Positions 54,149 through 64,000 of a stretch of DNA of 64,000 nucleotides are shown here, piece by piece. The notes under the pieces were generated by a model. The model did not search any database and was not told the DNA's origin. It saw only the letters and a program-made list of their open reading frames with translations. Location of the stretch: NCBI RefSeq assembly GCF_009914755.1, contig NC_060925.1; one strand, 5' to 3'. Source of the DNA: the human T2T-CHM13v2.0 reference genome, Homo sapiens. A program made the position numbers and the translations under genes. How positions within the stretch are numbered: the stretch's first letter is position 1; every line of letters starts with the position of its first letter.

Positions 54149-55654
54149 ACCCTGGATCACAGCTCCAGATGTTCTGTTTATGTAACTGCTAACCCCCTAA
54201 CCTCATCCACCATCACCACCTCACTCTTAGCTTCCCCCTGCCCAGGAATTCTTCCTTCTAAAACTCAATGCAAGAATCAAGTACTCTTTCATCATATTTA
54301 CCAACATGTTCTTACTTTATTTTCTGGATTTTGGGAGGTAAAAGGGCAGTCAACTAGGGGGCAAAATAAAATCAACCTTGATCATGGCTCTCACGAATGG
54401 TTTTTCCTTAGGGATAGAAGCATTGACCTTGAATACATTAGGAAAGCTGAAGAATCTGGGTCAACATTGGAAAATGTCCATATTAGCAAAGAAAAAGGAG
54501 CTTGGTTTGCCAGAAAAGATATTGCAATCTCTCCCTCGATCAGATTTGCTAATTCTTGTGAATGCTTGTGAAACACCTCGGGTCTCAAATCCAAATCACA
54601 TGAAGAACTAGGCCCTTGAGCACATCATTGGTGCTGTCTCTTTGACAAAAAGCATTTTTAGTTGATGGAAAATCACCAACTTTCACCCCTAAAAACATCT
54701 GTGAAGAGCAGAAAACAGCCTGACTCTTATAGATGTCCCTGACAGGTGAGTTGAAAAGACATAGAGAACAAACTATAGAGAAAATTTACTCCAAAACAAT
54801 TATTTAATTCTATCATGCCCATGTCACACTGATACAGCTGGTTAAAAAACACAAATGTTCAATTTAAAAAAATAGCAAGTTAGACTTAAGAAAAAATTTG
54901 ATCAAATAGCGTACTTAAAATATTTTCAGATATGTAATATTTTAAAAATGTTTTTGTTGGGAAGAACCCATTGGCTGGGGTGGTTGTCCTGGCATCACAT
55001 GTAGACACCTGTCAATTCTGTCATAGAGGTAAAAGAGAAGCTGGTTTCTTAGCACAACCAAAAATGAGCTTTAGTTAATGTACTGAATTTTTCACAGTTC
55101 AACCAGTTGTTTTAGCACTGCACAGACACAAATGTGTACATTACTCCCCAGAAGAGCACCGTGTCCCCTGACAGTCTTATAGCTTAGAAGGAGGGAAATA
55201 GACAATATGAGGAGTACGTGTTGGATAAATCTAATATCTAATGTATTCCATGAGATGGTTTGCGTCTGAGCTCCACCACCTCTCATCAGTTAACTCTCGC
55301 ATTCACTCACCCCACAATCAAATAATTCCCTTCTAATTCTCTTCTTTGATAGCAAGCCAACCCTGGGAGAAACAATGGTTTGGAACAATAGCACCTGAGG
55401 TGGAAGAAAACACAGTGGGCCTCTCACTTTCGCTCTCTAACCACAACAATTGAAAGAGACTATGGCCTGAAAAATCTATCTGCTCCTAAATGGTACCCAG
55501 ATGGAAATCACAGCTGCTGTCATGTACCACCTGTACCTACGCCCATCCATCTTCAGAACACGCCTGGGGCAGAGGAGAGAAATCGAGTTGACAGAGCAGT
55601 TAAAGAGCCTCTCTTTTCTCCTGCATACTTTTCCTTTTATCTTTTTCTCTTCAG

Positions 55655-55730
55655 TTTCAGAGCTTCTTGTTCTCACCTTCATGCTGTGGCAATGCTGACA
55701 AAAGAAAACTGCAGCCTCTGAGAACCAGTG
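55655..55730 (+). other. Candidate cassette exon (tandem acceptors at 55654 and 55660)
   Basis: ~25-nt pyrimidine tract 'ttttccttttatctttttctcttcag|tttcag|' and donor 'GTG|gtgagt' in non-repeat DNA. Confidence 0.4.
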
Positions 55731-57364
55731 GTGAGTAATAGCCCCAGGCTCTGAATACCTAATGTCTATTGTATGTTGAGGGGAGGGAGAGCCAAAGGGA
55801 GGAGAGGAATTTGGTCAAATAGCCTGTGTAGAAACAGGACCTTTCGGTGACAATCCTAAATGCATCCAGAGAGTATCTGAGTTTTGATACCTCTCCTCTA
55901 ATTAAATCCAAGGATCTAATATGCATGGCCTTTAGGAATGCGTTGTTCAAACAGATTTGATTCCTGCCCAGAGGCTTTTTAAGCCACTGACCACTTTGAA
56001 CCTAATTAGAAAAAGCAGAGGACACTGGAGACGTTTAATAAAAGGAATCGAATTGCTGCTTCATCTTCATGACCTGGGATTTATAAGGGAATTTCACTGG
56101 CTTTGTAGCAATGTAAAATAAATAGACATTAGATGATGACAGGGAAAACAAAATTGCTGCCAAAGCTAAAAAGAGCTTGGCAAAAGAAGAAAGAACTACT
56201 ACATAGTTGGTCATTATTTACTGTACAAACCTTTTCATAAAGCAGAGAAGAGAGATACATAGGAATAATGGGCCCTTGCTAAAAGATGAAAAGGGCTTTC
56301 TATAGCTTACATTATCCCCTGACGAAGGCACTGACGTGTCCCAGTTGTTACACAATCTTATTGTTCTATTCAGCCATTCAGAAAGCTGAATGAACAGCCC
56401 TGCTCTGAAACTTTTAAAGGCTGAAATCAACAGGCCACTCATTTCCAAGGAAAAGAATAAAATTGTAACGGATGGAAATAACTAATTAATTTGTTAATCT
56501 TTGCAGACTGCCACGGTCCATTGCATATGCTCTAACCAGTTAATTAGTCTTTAGCCTGTAATTCTAAAATGTAAATAAGTGCAGTTACCTAACCCACCAG
56601 CTCCTAACAAAAATATCCAACTATTCATTATTTAATTTAAAAGGAAGAAGGCTTTGCTTTTCATTGGTGGTGGTGTTCCTGAGATGTTAACTAAACACCG
56701 TGACCTAAGTTTAATTTCATCACACCTTACTGAAATGGTTTTATTCTAAAGTATATGCCCCTCTCCCCACTCCAGAAAGCTAAAATCATGAGGCTTAACT
56801 AAAGTCAGATCTATCCAATCCAACAGGAGATTATTTTTAGATGTTAATGAAGGAAAGGGTTTTTGTAAACTGTAAAGTGCTGGTAGCTATAAACCACTAT
56901 AACTGTAAACTTGAACAAAAGTACATTATTTATTGATGTTAATTAATAGTCTATTATTCTATTAGATTGCATTTCAGTCACTAAAATCATTAGTAGACTC
57001 ATTCATCCTTTCAAATGTGTGTGAGAGGTAGGAAGGAGATCGGTGGGATAGGGCAGAAAGTGGAAGCAAATGCGTTCCTATGGCATTTGAGAAACACGGA
57101 AGAAAGTCCTAAAATGTATCCAAGAGAATCACAGCAAGGGACTCCTCTAGCGAAGAAGAGGACATTGATCCCATGAGCTGTACTGGTATCTTTTATAGTA
57201 TCCAAAGCAGAGCAAATCCCCAATTAATTAGGGTGGTCAGAAAATGGTGGGTTCTTATTATTTCCCCTCTAAAGCACTGTGGGGCCCTATAAAGACTGAG
57301 TACCCAACTGGCCCTGCATCTTTGTGATCACAGGGCCTTGAGCAAGATACTCATCCTCTCAAAA

Positions 57365-57790
57365 TGTCTTTGTTTGTTTTTGAATGTTTATAAGAGACTA
57401 TCTGAAATTGGATAATTTATAAGAAACAAAATTTATGTCTTACAGTTCTGGAGACTGAGACATCCAAGGTTGGCGGGGGGCACATCTGGTGAGAGAGAGC
57501 CTTCTTGCTGGTGGGGACTCTGAAGTGCCCCACAGGGTATCCCATGGAGAGGGAGCTGAGGGTGCTCCCATGTGCCCACTTAGCACTCTCTTCCTCTTCT
57601 TATAAGCCACCAGTTCCCTTCCCATGATAACTCATTAATCCATTAACCCATTAATTGAAGAATGGATTAATCCATCCATGAAGGCCAAGCCCTCATAACC
57701 AATCACCTCGTAAAGGCCCACCTCTCAATACTGCCACATTGGGGATTAAGTTTCAACATGAGTTTTGGAGAGGACATTCAAACCACAGTA
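57365..57790 (-). mobile_element. MSTD MaLR LTR
   Basis: 'ccttcttgctggtggggactctg', 'cattaatccattaacccattaa', 'gagttttggagaggacattcaaaccacagta'. Confidence 0.88.
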
Positions 57791-57951
57791 CTAAGCCAAT
57801 GCTTCTTCCTCTACAGGGAAACTGGGAAACTGACACTTCCTGCCTTATATTGTTGCAGTTGCAAAGATCAAATACCAAGGTTATGGGAAGATGTTTTGAA
57901 GCCCCATATAAATATGTAATTTAATTTATTCCAATAAAGACTCATTGCACA

Positions 57952-58261
57952 GGCTGGGCACAATGGCTCACACCTCTCATTTCAGCTCTTTGGGAGGTCA
58001 AGGTGGGCCGATTGCTTGAGCCCAGGAGTTCGCGACCAGCCTGGGCAATATGATGAAACCCCATTTCTACAAAAAAAATACAAAAATTAGCTGGGTGTGG
58101 AGGTGTGCATGCTTGTAGTCCCAGCTACTTGAGAGGCTGAGTGGGAGATCGCTTGAGCTTGAGAGGCAGGGATTGCAGTGAGCTGAGATTATGCCACTGC
58201 ACTCCAGCCTGGGCGACAGAGCAAGACCATGTGTCAAAAACAAACCAACCAACAAACAAAC
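57952..58261 (+). mobile_element. AluJ (Jb-like), full length
   Basis: 'gattgcttgagcccaggagtt'; perfect 16-bp TSD aaagactcattgcaca at 57936-57951 and 58262-58277. Confidence 0.95.
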
Positions 58262-58654
58262 AAAGACTCATTGCACATATAAGCAATAGATCAACCATTT
58301 TCAAAGAGCATAACCAAAAAAAAAATCCAACACTACACAAATCTTGAATATAATTTAACCTTTCTTCGAAAGTTTAGAAAGTATTTCAAGATGAGGCAAT
58401 GCTTTTCTCTAACATTAACATGAGCATCGATTACAGAAATGTTCCACTGAATTACATGGCAAAATTAAAATTCTGATGATTTTATGTACATGGTTGCTTG
58501 AAATATGAGCTATCAGTAGCTACTATATCCCATTAGGCCTTTCAAGTTCACATCATAAGTTGTATAAGAGATAGGACACCTCCATTGAAAACATCAGTCG
58601 ACTTAGACGATTTCTGTCAGATATTATTGATTCAGCAATATAAGAATGCGACGA

Positions 58655-58823
58655 TGTAGTCCCAGCTACTGGGGAGGCTGAGGCAGGAGAATGGCGTGAA
58701 CCTGGGAGGCAGAGCTTGCAGTGAGCCTGGGAGACGGAGCTTGCAGTGAGCCGAGATCGCGCCACTGCACTCCAGCCTGGGTGACAGAGCAAGACTTCGT
58801 CTCAAAAAAAAAAAAAAAAAAAA
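58655..58823 (+). mobile_element. AluY right arm only, with internal 25-bp tandem duplication
   Basis: 'agaatggcgtgaacc' and 'gagcttgcagtgag' AluY diagnostics; A21 tail. Confidence 0.93.
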
Positions 58824-59523
58824 GTCAACGAAAGGACATGGGTTTGGAGAGTAACCAGAGATGCTGCCAATTAAAGATACCCCTTACTCAAGACACTTTA
58901 TTTCTCTCTGTTGGAACATTGTCATAATATACTGTCATCTACTAAAAAATTACTGTAATAAATATAAAAATCTTCACTGTCTGCCATGACAGGAACCGCA
59001 TGAGCTGTTATGCCCTTCTGCAACGCAGAACTTTCCCAACCATATATGGTGGCCCTGAGATGTGTAGTTTTGCCCTTTACACCTTTATTTTCTATTAGTA
59101 CATTTACTTTTTAAAAAAGTATGAACTATCATTTGCAATTTGAAAAACATCAAATACAGAACATTTAAAAAATATATCGCTAGACCTCAAAATGAATCTT
59201 AATGGCAATCACAGATTTCAACCCTTTCAACCAGATTTCTGAGTGTCTGAACATAGATGTAGGCTCTGAGACTATGATTTCTAGCTTGTTTTTCCTAAAT
59301 ATTCACTGTGTAATTGGGACACTATCACTTAGCCCCTTTGTTCCTTATTATATCATTTATAAATTTTATAACTATATTTTAATAAAGGTACTTAATATCT
59401 AGATAATAGATAAATGGTTTGTCTATAATCCCTAATTTATATACAATAAGTCTACCAACTTTTATGGTAGAACTTCATAAGTTTTAAACTAGTATAATAT
59501 TTAATTTTTAGTATATAAACATC

Positions 59524-59879
59524 TGATGTGGTTTGGCTGTGTCCTCACCCAAATCTCTCCATGAATTGTAATAATCCCCAGGTGTCAAGGGCAGGGCCAG
59601 GTGGAAATAATTGAATCACTAGGGCGGTTTCCCCCATACTGTTCTCATGGTCCTGAGTAAGTCTCCTGAGATCTGATGGTTTTATAAATGGGAGTTTTCC
59701 TGCACTAGTGCTCTTGCCTGCTGACATGTGAGATGTGACTTTGCTCCTCATTCACCTTCCACCATGATTGTGAGGCCTCCCCAGCAATGTGGAACTATGA
59801 GTCAATTAAACCTTTTTCCTTTATAAATTACCCTGTCTCGGGTATGTCCTTATTAGCAGCATGAGAACAGACTAATACA
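59524..59879 (+). mobile_element. THE1 (C-like) solo LTR
   Basis: tgatgtggtttggctgtgtc...gactaataca; near-TSD acatc/atatc. Confidence 0.93.
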
Positions 59880-60440
59880 ATATCCCATCAAATTATAAAT
59901 GAATCTGAGGCTCTGATTCAGACAAAGGATGGATGGATTGGTAGTCACATTTATCTATAGAATAAAACTGGAATGACATACAGTACAATGTTTCAGTGAT
60001 TCATGAATGGTTGGGATATGGCAGTTTTAATTTTCATATTTGTACATTTCTGTATTTGGTGAATTTTGTATAATGATCATGAATTGTTTCTGTTGAGAAT
60101 GTTGTTGGAACAGTTGGGCTGGGAAAATCTCTACCTCCCACAAAGTATTTTGGAGAAAGGAACTGTGAACAGCCTGGAGGAAAATTTAATATTTAACTCA
60201 AACAAGTGGCATCCACTATATTCACACTGGCAGAGCTTTTCAGAATTAGAGTCTTGCTTTCTTTTTGTAAGCATCAGGATTGATTTTTATATGTGTTCTA
60301 ATCTTAGTTTAGTCCTTTAACCATTTTTCCCAGGATAATAGAAATGAAAGAATGTTGTATTTTGGCTTGCTGAGTTAGAATGAATGGAAAAAACTTAAAG
60401 GAAGCAGCAGAAGGAACAGTGAGAATGACATACATTTTCT

Positions 60441-60740
<300 letters not shown>

Positions 60741-61962
60741 GACATACATTTTCTCTAGATCACTGCAGCCTAGCTTAAATATGCTTCTCTAGGTCATCTC
60801 TCTATTTCCACCTATATCTGTGCATCAACATCTCAGGCTATTATGTTCTCAAATCTGTTTTCAATATGAAAATACAGACATGAGAAAGAGCCAATGCTGT
60901 TCTCAGGATCTTACAATTCATTCTGCATCTACACAGTCCTGGAGTTCCAAACACAGATTGCCATAACAAGAGAAATTAGCCAGAGCACTAACTGTTTTCA
61001 AAATAACAATTCATTTCACTAAAATCAGTGAATGGCTCTTTTCAAAGCGTAATTATACTTTCTAGGGGAAGACATTAGGTCTACTGAAAGTAAGTCACCT
61101 AATTTACAGATACCAATGATGAAAATCTTCTCAAGGCATTGGGGGAATAAAAGACATTAATTCTCAGTTTGTAAATGAACATGAAATGTGATGTGCCCAC
61201 TACCATGTGGGTGTTTCTCTGCAGATCTGCTAGTAAGCAGGCATAATGTGCCAGTAAGAAGGCAACCTGGAAAACATAGCCAGGAACTGGGACAACTGGG
61301 AAGCTGATAGAAAGAGTTGTTTAATGTGTAAGCTGTCGTCTGCACACACAGAAGCATTTCCATGGCTATGAACAAAGGGTAACTGCGGGGTGGTTTATTA
61401 ATTGAAAATAAATGTCCTTTTCTTTGTGAAATGGCTAGATATTGAAAAACCAAACACATGCTAAGAGGACGTGCACAGTCAGCAGAGAAACATCAGCTTT
61501 GAAAAATCTGCCAACAAGGAGAAAGTTTAGAATGGATTGGTTTCCTGTCTCTGCACAACAAATAAACCACCAAGGGATTCCCAAGGATCTAAATAATGAA
61601 CCAATCTCTCTCTCTCCTTTTCCCTTTCCATCTCCCTCTCCCTCACTCCCTTCTCTTACGTGCATCGGAGAATGGTGAGCAAGTACCTAGGGAACTACAG
61701 TATTTTGGGTCCTCCTTCTGACAAGGCAACTAACACCTGAAAAAAAAAAAATGAATCCCATACATTTCATACTAAAGAACTGGGGGCTTACTACGAGACA
61801 AAAGAAAAATTAGATCTCTAGTTCGGAAGGCAATTTTTTCCACATCGTTAAATAAATATGGTCAGCATTCAACAATTGTGCTGATGAAGTGAGTATGTGG
61901 ATATATTACAGAATCAATTTTCTTACCTATTTTATTTCTAGGCTCAGCATCAGGTTGTTAAT

Positions 61963-62535
61963 TTTGACCCAGCCATCCCATTACTGGGTATATACCCAAA
62001 GGACTATAAATCATGCTGCTATAAAGACACATGCACACGTATGTTTATTGCGGCATTATTCACAATAGCAAAGACTTGGAACCAACCCAAATGTCCAACA
62101 ATGATAGACTCGATTAAGAAAATGTGGCACATATACACCATGGAATACTATGCAGCCATAAAAAATGATGAGTTCATGTCCTTTGTAGGGACATGGATGA
62201 AATTGGAAATCATCATTCTCAGTAAACTATCGCAAGAACAAAAAACCAAACACCGCATATTCTCACTCATAGGTGGGAATTGAACAATGAGATCACATGG
62301 ACACAGGAAGGGGAACATCACACTCTGGGGACTGTTGTGGGGTAGGGGGAGGGGGGAGGGATAGCACTGGGAGATATACCTAATGCTAGATGACCAGTTA
62401 GTGGGTGCAGCGCACCAGCATGGCACATGTATACATATGTAACTAACCTGCACAATGTGCACATGTACCCTAAAACTTAAAGTATAATAAAAAAAAAAGG
62501 AGCAACATGAAAAAAAAAAAAAAAAACAAAAAAAA
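61963..62535 (+). mobile_element. 5'-truncated young L1 (L1PA2-like): ORF2 C-terminus, 3' UTR and poly(A)
   Basis: ORF 62041-62283 MFIAALFTIAKTWNQPKCP...SLIGGN* matches the ORF2p end; 3' UTR lacks the Ta 'ACA' and has 'aacttaaagtat'. Confidence 0.95.
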
Positions 62536-62839
62536 CCATAAAAACAATGTGGCTCCATTAGAAGGATCTACTTGGCTATATGGACCAAATCCTACGTGAA
62601 TGAATTTAAATTTGCTACTAGGCACTGCTGTAAATTGTCTAGTGAAGATGGATTGTTTTGGAGCCTCCCCGATCTGAGCTCAAAGAATCCTTTCCTGATG
62701 CAATAATTCAGACCACAAGAACAGCATATTACTGTATATGTCCCCAAACTGATACAGTGCTGGGCTCAGGAAAAAGCTACACACACACAGAGCACATTTT
62801 ATGACATCCAGTACTTCTAACTTTTCTTTCTTCTCTTAG

Positions 62840-62894
62840 ACAGATGTAATTTGTGCCTTGGTGTGAATTCAAGTCAATAAAGTACATTATGAAG
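62840..62894 (+). other. Candidate exon or terminal exon
   Basis: Branch-like ttctaac + pyrimidine tract + tag; internal AATAAA at 62876-62881; donor-like AAG|gtaata. Confidence 0.25.
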
Positions 62895-63583
62895 GTAATA
62901 TTTGTTCATCAATGATGACTAAATGTACAAGGAAAAACTTCGATTACCTTTCCTCCTTATAACGTTTCATGCATCATAGAAGGAACTGGGAGATAGCATG
63001 GTTAAACATCTATACCACAGTTTCTCCTACTGAGCAAATTAGTCCCCTTTGCAAGAGACAGAATTGCAACCTAAAGGGAAGCAAAAAGTAAGTGTGTTCT
63101 GGAAATTAAGCCCTGTCAAGAAAGACATTTTTCTGTTCTTCTTGATGTCTGAAAAACTATAATAAAGACATTTTCCTATTAAGTCTCTGGGAAATTCGTT
63201 CTGAGCTATACACAGAACAACTAAAAAACCATGATTTTGGTTGCTACAGTTCATTTGTCAGTCCAATGTTAGTTCTGATTTTTTACCTTTGGAAATCCAT
63301 AATCACATCCCTGGACTTCCAGCAAGAGAGTCTACTGGCTTTAGTGAGCAAGAAGGTAGATTTTTACGTATTTATTTGACACTGCTCTTTGAGTTACTTC
63401 CATTTTCTTCCCGGTGCTAAAAGAGATGAAAGTAAATTCTTTCAGGGGAGTTGTGGATCTGGCTTGGTGGTTTTTAAAAAGAGACAAGGGACTTGTGAGA
63501 AGCAAAGGGAAAGGGAGATGGAGCTGGGGAGAGTACGGGCTGGAGTGGAAGGCTGCAGCAAGACTGAGGGCGCTGGGACACCT

Positions 63584-63623
63584 CCAGTCACAAACCAGCC
63601 CAGTCACAAACCAGCCCAGTCAC
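63584..63623. repeat. 16-bp tandem repeat, 2.5 copies (ccagtcacaaaccagc)
   Basis: Read directly. Confidence 0.92.
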
Positions 63624-64000
63624 CATCAAAGCTGAGCCCAAATTTCCCTCTGTGTCTGTTATTATGAAGGCACATGTGATATGTGCCATTTTCAATACTG
63701 AAATGAAAATGGTTAAAAAGATTATTTTATAAATCTCAAAAGCAAATTATCCTCCCCTTATTTTTTAAACCATAAATCGCATTCACTTTTTCTTAATAAA
63801 ATTAAAAAATTTTAAAACAAAAGAGAAAAGTCTCTCCAAACATGCACAAAATCCAAACTCTAAATCTTACGATGCTGGAAACAAGGTTGAACAACATGAG
63901 AAATCATTCTAACAGCTGTTTCTATACATGAGCTATTAAGGAGGGAATCTCATGGTGTCACTTAAACAGCTGTCATATTGAGGAAAAGTGAATGTACCCA

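Noticed and set aside
48200-59879. Possible full-length THE1 provirus between two LTRs
   Set aside because: LTRs are in opposite orientation and no THE1 internal sequence is evident
62041-62558. ORFs of 80 aa (+) and 136 aa (-)
   Set aside because: Truncated L1 ORF2 end and its antisense; not host genes

Overview
Primate (very likely human) euchromatic non-coding DNA: AT-rich, CpG-depleted and dominated by interspersed repeats. I find no credible intact protein-coding gene; the ORF track is repeat-derived or chance, except fossil pieces of L1 ORF2 and a hAT transposase. Recognisable elements: about 11 Alus (two carry the 12-bp deletion of the AluYd/'Yc' lineage), a near-full-length young SVA with an 18-bp TSD, an L1PA2-like 3' end, a ~5.5 kb ancient L1M with nested insertions, MaLR/ERV solo LTRs (THE1, MST, MLT1, MER93, MER21, LTR33), DNA transposon fossils (MER45, MER1B, Tigger2a, MER94, MER33), L2/MIR relics and microsatellites. 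Several + strand acceptor/donor pairs hint at a spliced non-coding transcript, unproven. The most unusual signal not explained by repeats is a perfect 29-bp inverted repeat (2554-2582 / 3591-3619) that copies part of an MLT1 LTR to just downstream of a strong 3' splice site. Others: micro 3' transductions on both the SVA and the L1, an L1 and an Alu lacking TSDs, and an inverted THE1 pair flanking a candidate exon. I cannot support a new multi-gene system from sequence alone. Subfamily calls come from remembered consensus sequences and need RepeatMasker/Dfam confirmation; boundaries of old elements are approximate.
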